From NCBI RefSeq assembly GCF_018977255.1, contig NW_024705465.1, positions 1-42,286 of the forward strand: a DNA stretch of 42,286 bases, written 5' to 3'. The translations under genes and the position numbers were made by a program. Under the pieces are notes generated by a model. That model ran no database searches. It was not told the DNA's origin and was given only the letters and a program-made list of their open reading frames with translations. Positions 10,113 through 21,065 of the stretch are shown here, piece by piece. How positions within the stretch are numbered: the first letter of the stretch is position 1; each line of letters begins with the position of its first letter. The stretch comes from Callorhinchus milii. Its lineage: Eukaryota.

Positions 10113-10643
10113 CAGAGGGTTGATCGACTGAGATTACTGACAGATGCACGCAGCACTACACAAACCGACACCACAGCAGCAGCAGCCAGCATTCGTCACT
10201 GAGCGGCGGTGACACATTGCCAGGGTGTGTTGTGCCAGGCCAGGCCGTCTGTGCACGTGATGATGATAAGCCACCTTGATGGGCAATCGTGTGTGCCAGG
10301 TCGCTTCTGAATAAAGAAGCTCAGAGATGAGTGGGCTTTACCAGGTTTACACTTCTATTGATTTTTAGACTGTTTAAGTGACATTTGTTTTCCTATACTT
10401 TGCACTCCTATCGTGTTCTTGTAGCCGTTTGTTGTTGGAACGTTCTGACCCCCCCCCCCCCCGTGCCTCTACTGGACATCTGTGGACAAAGAGCTTTACA
10501 GCTGATCGGATTCCTCCTGCAGTGCAGATACAGATTCTGTACGAGACTGCGGGCGACTTCTGCGTAGGATCCTACAGGTGTCTGTGTTGGAGTCTGCTGG
10601 AGGCTACGTATGAACCTACGGGCGGCTGCGTAGGAGCCTGTGG

Positions 10644-10903
10644 TAGAGGTCGCAACCGGGTACCCGATACCCGTACCCTACCCGATACCCGGCTACCCGT
10701 ACCTGGCCGGGTACGGGTACCCGTTTGCGACCCTGGTGCGGCCGGGTACGGGTAGGCCGTGAGTCACTGGTGAGTAACCGTGTGTCACTCATTTCGGGTA
10801 GGGTACGGGTACCCGGACCAGGCCAGGTACGGGTACGGGCACCCATTTGCGACCCTGGTGCGGCCGGGTACGGGTAAGGAATAAAACCCGTTAGCGACCT
10901 CTG
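10644..10903. mobile_element. hAT-type MITE, 260-bp variant
   Basis: TIRs TAGAGGTCGCAA..TTAGCGACCTCTG; perfect 8-bp TSD GCCTGTGG. Confidence 0.9.
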
Positions 10904-10914
10904 GCCTGTGGACT

Positions 10915-11035
10915 TGTAGTGTATAGTGTAGTGTATAGTGTAGTGTAAAGTGTAGTGTGTAGTGTAGTGTATAGTGTAGTGTATAGTGTAGTGTATAGTG
11001 TAGTGTATAGTGTAGTGTATAGTGTAGTGTATAGT
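10915..11035. repeat. 12-bp tandem repeat (GTGTATAGTGTA)n
   Basis: Visible tandem array. Confidence 0.9.
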
Positions 11036-11288
11036 AGACTGAGGCTCCTATAGCTCAGTGTTAATGAGAGAGCCTCAATGAGCCAGACTGAGTCTCCTAT
11101 AGGGTTCAGTGTTAATCACTGAGACTTACAGAGCCAGACTAAGACTCCCATAGGGCTCAGTGTTAATGAGGGAGCCTCAGGGAGCCAGACTGAGGCTCCT
11201 ATACGATCCTTAGGGCTCAGTATTAATGCGTGGGAGCCTACAGGCGTCTCTGCGTGTGCGACGGGCTCTCTGTATCTCTCTTCCTCAC

Positions 11289-11416
11289 GTAGATGTTGGT
11301 AGTGGGCGTCTGCAGGAACCACTCCACGTCCAGCTGCTCAGTGGCCGTCGGATCGACCGTCCAGGTGCAGCCCAGCACCACCGTCTCCCCCTCCGCTTTC
11401 TCTATCCACGAGACGG
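11289..11416 (-). CDS. CTX/CAR-like Ig gene exon 2 (first half of V domain)
   Basis: C-rich tract plus TTGGCAG acceptor. Encodes AVSWIEKAEGETVVLGCTWTVDPTATEQLDVEWFLQTPTTNIY (G-x-x-V-x-L-x-C and LDxEW motifs). Donor GTGAG at 11288; 128 nt, phase 1 to phase 0. Confidence 0.9.
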
Positions 11417-11519
11417 CTGCCAAGAGGGGGGGGGGGTGACACGGTTGTGAAGTAATGTCTTCAATAGTCACGTAATTGTATTTGTGTTTCTCTGTTAGTG
11501 CCCCAAACACGTAGATTTA

Positions 11520-12575
11520 CCCACACAGGCTTACTCAGAGAGGCATAGACTCACACAGTGACCCACAGACTCACACAGAGACCCCTAGACTCACACAGAG
11601 ACCCATAAACTCACTCAGAGAGGCATAGACTCACACAGTGACCCACAGACTCACACAGAGACCCCTAGACTCATACAGAGACCCATAAACTCACTCAGAG
11701 AGGCATAGACTCACACAGTGACCCACAGACTCACACAGAGACCCCGCGACTCATACAGAGACCCATAAACTCACTCAGAGAGGCATAGACTCACACAGTG
11801 ACCCACAGACTCACACCGAGACCCCTAGACTCATACAGAGACCCATAAACTCACTCAGAGAGGCATAGACTCACACAGTGACCCACAGACTCACACAGAG
11901 ACCCCTAGACTCATACAGAGACCCATCAACTCACTCAGAGAGGCATAGACTCACACAGTGACCCACAGACTCACACCGAGACCCCTAGACTCATACAGAG
12001 ACCCATAAACTCACTCAGAGAGGCATAGACTCACACAGTGACCCACAGACTCACACAGAGACCCCTAGACTCATACAGAGACCCATCAACTCACTCAGAG
12101 AGGCATAGACTCACACAGTGACCCACAGACTCACACAGAGACCCCTAGACTCATACAGAGACCCATAAACTCACTCAGAGAGGCATAGACTCACACAGAG
12201 ACCCGTAGACTCACACAGAGACCCCTAGACTGACAGAGACCCATAAACTCACTCAGAAACCCGTAGACTCACACAGAGACCCATAGACTCACACAAAGAC
12301 CCATAGACTCACACAGAGACCCATAGACTCACACAGAGACCCATAGACTCACACAGAGACCCATAGACTCACACAGAGACCCATAGACTCACACAGAGAC
12401 CCGTAGACTCACACAGAGACCCGTAGACTCACACAGAGACCCGTAGACTCACACAGAGACCCGTAGACTCACACAGAGACCCATAGACTCACATAGAGAC
12501 CCATAGACTCACACAGAGACCCATAGACTCACACAGAGACCCATAGACTCATACAGAGACCCATAGACTCACAAA
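11520..12575. repeat. 20-bp minisatellite with an 80-bp higher-order section
   Basis: Monomer ACTCACACAGAGACCCATAG. A 4-monomer unit repeats over ~11530-12240, then plain monomers follow. Confidence 0.95.
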
Positions 12576-12830
12576 GATCCCCCGTGTAGCATTCCACAGA
12601 CTGTTGGGGCAAGTGCTGTTAGCGAGTCAGCAGCAGCAGCACCACGCCCGGCCGCCTTTGTCTCCCCCCCCCAGTCGCTAACCAGTGCGCCACCGCTCCC
12701 CGTTACCAACAGCGCTCGTGCCAGGCTAGGTGCACTTGGCAACTTATCACAAACTTATCACAAACACACACAAAAACAAAGCAGCCTCGCGAATAAGGTG
12801 GCACGTCCCAGCAGACAACCGCCGACTCAC

Positions 12831-12915
12831 CGCCCATCGCGATCGCCATCGCCTGCAGCAGCAGCAACAACAACAGCAGCAGCAGCGCAGAGCGAGACAA
12901 CAACGCGTCCGCCAT
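12831..12915 (-). CDS. CTX/CAR-like Ig gene exon 1 (signal peptide)
   Basis: MADALLSRSALLLLLLLLLLQAMAIAMG, then donor GTGAGT at 12830. 85 nt, phase 1, compatible with exon 2. Confidence 0.85.
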
Positions 12916-12980
12916 TTCTGTCTCTTCGTTTCTTCATCTCGCGCCATGACGTCACGCGGCGAGGGGCGGAGTTCCGGTGG
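12911..12980 (-). promoter_or_regulatory. Candidate proximal promoter of the Ig gene
   Basis: CRE TGACGTCA at 12947-12954, GC box GGGGCGGAG at 12963-12971, ETS core CCGGAA (minus, ~12972-12977), and a YY1-like AAATGGCG over the ATG. Confidence 0.5.
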
Positions 12981-13034
12981 ATTCACCCCCCACGCAAACC
13001 ACGCTGTTGAAATATACACGTAACACACACACAA

Positions 13035-13449
13035 TAACACTGGTCAACACACTTGTGTTCTGGCATTAGGTATTAACAACGGTTTTAAGGTAATTTTGGG
13101 TGCCGATTCCAAATCTGGCATCAGTTTTTGTCCATCACATCAGGTTTTTGAGATATCATATATTGCATTTTCAATAAAAACTGCAGAAGAAAAATATTAA
13201 ATAAATGTGGATATCTACATAAAATTATATTATAAACACACTATCCTAAAAATACAGCACCATATTTTAACACTAAAGCAGTCACTGACTCGCAACAACT
13301 TGCAATCATAAGTGACAGAGTTAATTTCGGGTAAAATCAATGAAAATGGGGTATGCCGATAGCATAAAAATGAGATGTGATGGAGCAAATCTGAGATCAG
13401 ATTTGGAATCAGCACCCTGAAATTAGTCTCGAACAGCTGCAAAAGTCCA
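13035..13449 (-). mobile_element. Second copy of the non-autonomous DNA transposon at 3875-4277
   Basis: Inverted near-identity to 3910-4275; TIR-like TAACACTGGTCAACA. Confidence 0.65.
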
Positions 13450-13941
13450 GAGAAATAATTTTAATAGATCTATAACATAGCAATTATTTGCTCCTAAATA
13501 TCCTACAAATGATGAATTATTCAAATGTGTGGCTAAGTTTTATTTATATACAGTATGAAAGAAGTTCAACATACATCCGTATATGTTTCATGCATTTAAA
13601 TGTAAAACAAATTACAATGCATAGTACCTCCTGTTTTTCTCCAGAGATTATGAGTGCAGTGCAGAAATTAGCCTTGCTAAATAAGTATTTCAGGAGCATG
13701 AACTATCAAAATGTATTATCGTACTCAATGCATAAGCCCTGGTTAGACAGCATTAGCACACATGGTGCTCTTAAAGGTATCCTATAACCAGGCAGCAGTT
13801 TGAATGCTGCGGTTGAAATGTCGATGACGTATTCCATTTATGAAACTAATTATTTGGCGATTTTGCATTGGCGGTGGTGCACACATAACCACAACTCAAT
13901 ACGTTCGTCAATAACACAGCCCTAGAAGGAAAAGTATATTG

Positions 13942-13979
13942 TAGGCAACGTTTCGGGCAATGTGCCTTCTTCATAGCTA
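13942..13979 (-). ncRNA. Degenerate Penelope-type hammerhead remnant
   Basis: Minus strand reads ATGAAGA-AGGCACATTGCCC-GAAACGTT-GCCTA. The first core C is mutated. Confidence 0.4.
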
Positions 13980-14142
13980 AGAGATATCCCTGTTATCTGT
14001 GGGCCCACGCCGAGGGGCTAAAGAGGATCGCTCGATGTGACGTCATAAATGGCCACCGCTCACAAGGTCGCCTGTTGTATCGCTTTAAAATGCAGGGCCG
14101 TGTTTTTGAGTGTTTTGTTATTCCTCACCATCATGAAGGTCC

Positions 14143-14990
14143 TTAATGATCGTGAGCATACCCAGGCAGGTGCTTAGTTTTGGTGGCGCTGATGGTGGCA
14201 AGTTCCAAGTTCAGCAGCAGCACCTCCAACTCCTCCGAGTGAGCAGCAATTACCAGATCATCGGCATACATAACGTGGCTGAGCAATAGGGAGCCATCCC
14301 TTGACCGCACCCGGGCATCGATCAGCCTCCCATTGTATCTGTACCAGATGAAAATTCCTCCGGTACAGCTATTGAAGGCTTCACAAACTACATGGTCGAA
14401 ATAAATCTTAAATAATGTGGGAGCCAGAGGACATCCCTGTTGCACCCCAAGGTGTACAGCGAATGGCTCCGACTCCCGGTCACGTAGTTTTACCCAGGCC
14501 CACTCACCATCATGAAGGTCCTTAATGATTCTGAGCAGAGGGTCAGGGACTCCGAAAGCACGAAGAACAACCCAGAGCCCAGGCCTGCTGATGGTATCAT
14601 AGGCCTTGACCAGGTCAATGAAGCAGAGATGTAGGTCTTGTTGGAATTCCCTACACCTCTGCTGTAGCAGACAGACAGAAAATATGGCATCTGTGCAGGA
14701 CCGCCCTTTCTTGAAACCGCATTGGGGCTCCGCAAGCCTCTCCTCAGCGTGCCTAGCAAGGCGATGTTGAATAATCCTTGCCAGGACCTTTCCCGGCACA
14801 CTGAGGAGTGAGATGCCCCTGTAGTTGTTACAGTCTGTGCGGTCTCCCTTCTTAAAGAGGGGGACCACCAGGGCATCCTTCCAATCCTGCGGAACCCATC
14901 CAGTGGCACAGACTGATGTTATGATGTCATATAGGGCAGTCTGTGCACAAACGCCACCCTACCTCAGCATTTCTCTTGGGAGATCATCTC
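14143..14990 (-). mobile_element. Non-LTR retrotransposon RT fragment (RTE-like), truncated at both ends
   Basis: ORF 14143-14868 contains VPLFKKGD..CNNYRGISLLS, QCGF..GRSC.DAIF, FIDLVKAYD, GVQQGCPLAPTLF and MYADD. Confidence 0.9.
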
Positions 14991-15134
14991 GCACAGACAC
15001 ACACACAGATACAGACAGACACAGACACACAGACTCAGAAGCACAGAGCGCCATCTCCTGGTTGCTGTCCGTGACCTCTGCCCTCTGCTACTGGTGTATG
15101 GGACAGGAGGCTTGTAACTACTGGCACGGTACGT

Positions 15135-15467
15135 GGGGGGGGGCGGGGGAGACGCCGTGGGAGGGAGACACGGGGGGGGAGAGACACGGGGAGGGAGACC
15201 CGGGGGGGGGAGACACGGGGAGAGAGACGGGAGGGAGACACGGGGGGGGGGGAGACACGGGGGGGGGGGGAGACACGGGGAGAGAGACGGGGAGGGAGAC
15301 ACGGGGAGAGAGACGGGGAGGGAGACACGGGGGCACGGGGGGGGGGGGGAGAGAGACGGGAGAGACACGGTGAGGGAGACACGGGGGGGGGAGACACGGG
15401 GAGACACGGGGAGAGAGACGGGGGAGACACGGGGAGGGAGACACGGGGGGGAGAGAGACGGGGGAGA
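15135..15467. repeat. GGGGAGACAC-type simple repeat
   Basis: Visible; abuts the 3' LTR of copy A. Confidence 0.9.
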
Positions 15468-16871
15468 TGTGGGGGTCGCTAGCCCCCGAGATCCCTCCCT
15501 CGATAATGCTAACGGCCGGGCTAGCATCATCAATCGCCCCCCTGCTAAGCGAACCGCTGCTAAGTTCCTCACCCATGGTGTGGGAGCCGTCGCCCGAGGA
15601 TTCCCCTCCACCGCGGGTCCGCGTAATGGGCATGGTTAATTACCGATTAGTATTCTGCCCCTCTCTACTACGATACTTCCCTTTCCTAATCGCGCGCCTG
15701 CAACCCACACGGAGCGAACGCACGCACGCCCACACACACGCCGCTCCGCGCACTCCAACTCAACTCACGTTATACTCGCGCACCTGTATCACACACGGAG
15801 TGAACACACGCGACACCCACTCTCGCACCGCTCTGCGCAGCGCTCCCCCGAGGCGAGCCGCAGCACCACAGTATCACTGCGTACCCACGCGCAACCCGCG
15901 CGCTCAGCTCCGCGCAGCGCTCACTCACGTGGCGAACCACTGTGCACACAGCGCACCCACACGCTCACACTGCACGACAAGATCACGCGAGACCACGCTT
16001 CGCTATTAATGATTTATTATATGCCACCTGCGAATTGATGTTGAATCAGTGAGTCGACGAGGCTGGCCTATTCCACTAAACCTGTACCTATTCCCTATTT
16101 ATCGGCTTACGATACCCTACTTCACCTCCCCACTCACTGTTTGGTGCCCGCGGAGGTTCGCTGCTCTCTGCGCTAACAGCGTACCTCGATGCGTCGCACG
16201 GACGTCCGGGTCGCTGGCTGGAACTCCTGCTGGTCCGCTGGCCTGGAGAGAAGGGCGATTTCCCCTCTCCGCTCCTCTATTTATCCTCCCTACCTCAAAG
16301 GGGATGCTGCGCTGAACAATGGGCTCGTGCACCCCAAGCCCGCGCACGGCGGTTCCCGGGCGCTGTTGATATGCTAATCAGTGCGCGACGTTGGCGGCGT
16401 ACATCCTAATTACTCCCTTACCCTTCCTAACAATGGGGCCTGCGCGCTCAAGCGCAATTATCCCAACCCTCAGCCCCTGTGACCCCGCTATTCATGCTGT
16501 CCCGTGCCTCCCCTGCTTGCCCCGTCGACCCGTGGGAGTGTGTGTGGGGGGAAATGCGCCTCAACCGCGGTGGCCGAATGCCCCACGCCGCGACCACACC
16601 ATATTAAGGCCGGCCGCAGCGCCGCGGTGCCACGTAGCACGGGGGGGGTCATCCAATTCCCTGATCGCCGGAAACCGTGAGAATTAATCCCGATAAGGGT
16701 CTCTCGGATAAAAACCGGTCGATCAGGTAACCTTCCCTTCCAGCTCTATGGGGGGGGGGGGAATGCGTGCGGGTGTGTGCTTATGTGGGGCGGGTGATGG
16801 GGGGCAGTGCGGTGGGGGAAGCCGGGCGGCTCCCTGGCTCGGCAGAGCGGCCCCGTCGTTGTGGCACCACA
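15468..16871 (-). repeat. 3' LTR of copy A
   Basis: Near-identical to 22067-23483, 34283-35689 and 40967-42132. Confidence 0.95.
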
Positions 16872-17102
16872 TAGCCCCCCGGGGTGCCAGTCCCCGTCCC
16901 GGGTTGACTGGAGCACCTCGCCTGGGTTGCCCCCACGAGGTATCGCCGCGGGGTCCGCGGGATTCGCCCGGCCCTTGTGGCTGGCCTCGGGGTGGCGGCT
17001 CCGTCTCCTGGGGCTCCGGCGGTGGTCTCCTCCTCCATTCCAACGGCTCCCCTCGGCCTCTGGCACCTGCGGGCTGGGGAACAAACTCAGAGGCGGTGGG
17101 GT

Positions 17103-18635
17103 TTAAGGGTCGCCGTCCTCGTCGCCCCCGGCCCCGCCCGGGGCCCCTCGGAGCCCGGGGCTCCGTGGGGCCCATATACTGCGCGAGGCCCCCGGGCACG
17201 GGGGGTGGGGGGACCCCGGGGTTTCGGGGTACTTGGACGGCGGGGCTCCCCCCTCGGGGGCTGCTCGCCACGGCTTCAGTCGGCGGATGTTGACCACCAT
17301 CTCCCGGCCCCTCTCTCCTCCCTGAATCAGCACCGTCCATGGTGAGATCTGCCGTCTCACAATCCAGGGTCCTCGCCAGTAGGTGGTCAGCTTCCCCACC
17401 TGTCCGGCACCGACGCGGGGAGTGTACAGCCACACCTCGGAGCCCGCAGTGTAGAAGGGGGGCTCCATACGGGGTCGGGCGCCCTGCTCTTGCCGCTGGT
17501 GCGCGGCCTCTCCGTGCGGGTAGGCTCGGCCCCTGGCCCCTCGCAGGGTCTCCAGCAAGTGCTCCACGGGGTGGCTCCCTTCCTCCCGTTGCGGCGGAGG
17601 GACACCGAACAGCAGATCTGCGGGCAGGCGAGACTCGCGACCAAACATCATTAGGAACGGGGTCTGTCCTGTAGAGGTGTGAACGGCGGTGGTGTAGGCG
17701 AACAGGGCATAGGGAAGGTGTTCGTCCCAGTCCTGTTGATTCGCGGCCGCCATGCGTTTAAGCTTCCCGGCCAGAGTCTGGTTCATCCTCTCTACCATCC
17801 CGTTCGCCTGGGGGTGATACGCCGTGGTTCGGTCCTTCTGGATCCCGAACTCTCGGCACAGCGCCTGAAATAGTTCGGCCTCGAATTCACTACCCTGGTC
17901 GGTAATGACTCGTTCGGGGATCCCGCACTTAAGTACGTAGTTTTCCACGAAGGCCCGGGCCACTACGAGGGCTGTTTTATCCGGGATAGCCACCGCCACG
18001 GGGTAGCGGGTGAAGTATTCCACCGCTACGAGAATATATCGGTTGCCCCGGTGGGATCGTGGAAAGGGCCCCTGCAGGTCGATTCCGACCAACTGATTCG
18101 TCCGACTGACTCGGAACGGCCTCAGGGGTACCTGGTACCTCGCCGGCTTTTGCCCACACTGCTGACAGGCCCGGCAGCCCTGCACCCAGGCGGCCACATC
18201 TTGCGCCAATTTAGGCCAGAGATACTGGCGACGCAGAGTCTCCCGGGTGCGCCGTTCCCCATCATGGCCCCCGAGCGGGTGGTCGTGTACCAGTCGTAGT
18301 AGTTGGGGTCGCACATGGGCGGGAACGCAGATGCACCCCGGCTGCCCAGCGTCGGCCAGTTCCCTCACCACCCCGTTTTCTACACACAACCGGGCATACA
18401 AACCGCTCCAGGGTCCTGGTAGGGCGCTCTTCTTCTCTCGCAGTGCCGCCTCCACTGCCGCCAGATCCGGATCTCGCTGCTGGGTCTGTCTCAGCTGCTC
18501 GTCGTTTAGGCCCGGGAAGGCGCAGCCGACGTCCTCCTGGATCCGTCCGATCGGGTCCCGAGCCGCGGGTCCCGCGCTTGCCGGGCGGTCGACGGGATCC
18601 TCAGTGCCACCTGTGAGGGTCTCTGTGGCGCACAC
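17103..18635 (-). CDS. pol: Integrase of copy A (HHCC, DDE, GPY/F)
   Basis: H..H..C..C, GIDLQGP, ITDQGSEF, TTAYHPQANGMVER and YWRGPW motifs. Confidence 0.9.
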   Translation of the reverse strand: MCATETLTGGTEDPVDRPASAGPAARDPIGRIQEDVGCAFPGLNDEQLRQTQQRDPDLAAVEAALREKKSALPGPWSGLYARLCVENGVVRELADAGQPGCICVPAHVRPQLLRLVHDHPLGGHDGERRTRETLRRQYLWPKLAQDVAAWVQGCRACQQCGQKPARYQVPLRPFRVSRTNQLVGIDLQGPFPRSHRGNRYILVAVEYFTRYPVAVAIPDKTALVVARAFVENYVLKCGIPERVITDQGSEFEAELFQALCREFGIQKDRTTAYHPQANGMVERMNQTLAGKLKRMAAANQQDWDEHLPYALFAYTTAVHTSTGQTPFLMMFGRESRLPADLLFGVPPPQREEGSHPVEHLLETLRGARGRAYPHGEAAHQRQEQGARPRMEPPFYTAGSEVWLYTPRVGAGQVGKLTTYWRGPWIVRRQISPWTVLIQGGERGREMVVNIRRLKPWRAAPEGGAPPSKYPETPGSPHPPCPGASRSIWAPRSPGLRGAPGGAGGDEDGDP

Positions 18636-20985
18636 TGCACTCTCTCTCGCTGGGGGGGGTCAGTGGCCGCGGCCTCTCGGGGGTCCGTTGCCTGCCGGCA
18701 GCGTCCCCCCGTGAAACACGGGCAGGCCTCCTCCGCCCTCGTCTCGGCGTACACCGTGGGTCGCCTCGACAAGGCGTCCGCGTTTGCATGCGTCCGGCCA
18801 GCCCGATACTCGATTTGCAGGTTGTACTCCTGCAACTGCGCCAACCACCGGGCCATCTGCCCCCGCGGCTCCTTGAATGTAAGAAGAAACTGCAGAGCAT
18901 AATGGTCAGTGCGTACGCGACATCTCCTGCCGTACAAATACGGCCGGAACTGTTTGCATGCGAAAATCACGGCGTACAACTCTTGGCGGGTCACGCAATA
19001 GTTCAGCTCGGCCCCACTCAAGGTCCGGCTGGCGTACGCGATGACTCGTTCCGTCCCATCCTGTACCTGTGACAACACCGCGCCCAGCCCGCTGCTGCAG
19101 GCGTCGGTGTCCAAAATAAAATCGGTGGTAAAATCGGGGAAAGCGAGGGTGGGGGCGTGGGTGAGGTGGTCTTTGAGAGTGGTGAAGGCCGTCTGGCAGG
19201 CCCCCGTCCACTGATAGGGGTGCTTAGGGGAGGTGAGTTGGGTGAGGGGGCGTGCAATCTCGCTGAATCCCTTTACAAATCGACGATAATAGGTGGCGAG
19301 CCCCAAAAATGATCTGATCTCCGTCAGATTCCTTGGCCGTGGCCACTCCACTACGGCGCGTACCTTCTCCGGATCGGTGTGCACGCCTGCCTCGCTGACG
19401 CGATGCCCGAGGTACCCCACCTCGCGTTGTGCGATGTAACACTTACGTGGCTTGAGCTTGAGATGAGCCGCTCGCAGTCGCTGGAACACCTCTCGAAGCC
19501 TGGACCAATGCTCAGACAAAGATCTACTGAACACTATCACATCGTCCAAGTAAATCAGGCACTGTTCCCACTGCAAGCCCCGCATCACCAACTCCATCAA
19601 CCGCTGGAACGTCGCGGGCGCGTTAGTGAGTCCGAACGGCAACACTCGAAACTCAAACAGGCCCATCGGGGTGGTGAATGCTGTTTTTGGCCGATCCTCC
19701 TCCGTCATCTCCACCTGCCAGTAACCGGACGCCAGATCGAGGGTGGAAAAATACCGCGCTCCTGCGAGACTGTCGAAGGTGTCGTCGATGCGGGGTATGG
19801 GGAAGGCATCGCCGAGCGTGACTGCATTTAGTTTACGGTAATCGACGCAGAACCGGGTTGACCCATCCTTTTTCGTTACTAGTACCACCGGGGCTGACCA
19901 GGGGCTCGCCGAGGGCTGAATTATGTTATCGCGAAGCATGTCCCCAACTGCCTCTTTGATTTGGGCGCGTTCGGGTGCGCCCACTCGGTACGCAGGGAGT
20001 TTGATGGGTCGGGCTGCACCGGTGTCAATTTGGTGCTCAGTAACTCGCGCAGCCGATCGGCCTCTCCCTTAGGTAAGTCCGCCCATGGTACATGTAACGC
20101 GTCGAGCAGGGGAACGACCTCGGCTCGGGGAGTCGGGCCGACTCGCCAGGCCAGGTCCTGCTCACCCTCAGGACGACCGGGGTCCTCAGCCCAGAGTGCG
20201 AACACCGAGTCGTTAGAGTGGCGTGCGTGCAGGGGGTGTACTGTGGCTATCGGGGTGCGCCGTCGCAGTATCGCTGGGGTATTGTGGGGGTTAAACATCC
20301 GCATAAACAATCGGTCCCCATCTGCGTTTACCAACGTGGCGGATCCCACAACCCCATACCGTTTTGCCAACTCCGGGTGAGGAGTTAGCATTACCTCCCC
20401 TGATGGTCGGAGCGCGGGGTCGGTGGGGGATGTTGCCACCGGCACCAGCATCTCGGTGAGCGGGCCGATGGTGACTGCCGTCGCCAGGATAGCGGCCACA
20501 GGTGCAAAGCGGCGGCGCGTTGGTTCTCGTCCCAGGAACGGTATCCGCTCGCCGTTGCTCTCCATGGTGGCGCATCGCTGGCGGGGTTGCACGTTGAGTC
20601 CCAACCGTTCTAGGAGGTCGGTGCCTGCGATACACTCGTGACACAACGCACTCGACACGTAGAACTCCTGCGTGCACACCTGGCTGCCTATGCGGACCTC
20701 TAGGGTGGCTCTCCCCAGCAGCCCCATTCCGGCTCCGCTCGCCGTGTGCAGCGCGCGGTCCGGTGCCTGCAGGTGACGCACGTCGACCCCGATCGCGCTG
20801 CAGTGCGCTGCGCTCACGAGCGAGGCCACCGCCCCCGTGTCCAGCAGGATTCGGGTACGCACTCCGTTTACCTCCCCTTCCACCAGCGACGTGGCCCCCG
20901 TGATCCCCGCCACCAGCTCCCGCAGCCAGTCGCCAGGAGTCACCGTTTCTGTGGGCGTTGTTGCTGGAACCTGTGTGGAGATCAC
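18506..20985 (-). pseudogene. pol: Protease-RT-RNase H of copy A, frameshifted by an internal deletion
   Basis: LLDTGA (PR), YLDD (RT), DTDAC and ADALSR (RH). Split into ORFs 19921-20985 and 18506-19984 by loss of the segment corresponding to 37740-37800 in copy B. Confidence 0.9.
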
Positions 20986-21065
20986 TCGCTCGCCATTATT
21001 CTCATACGCTTGTTTGTGTCGGGGCTACGTCGATTGCACCCCCGGTGGTCCCTCTCTAGGGGGCC

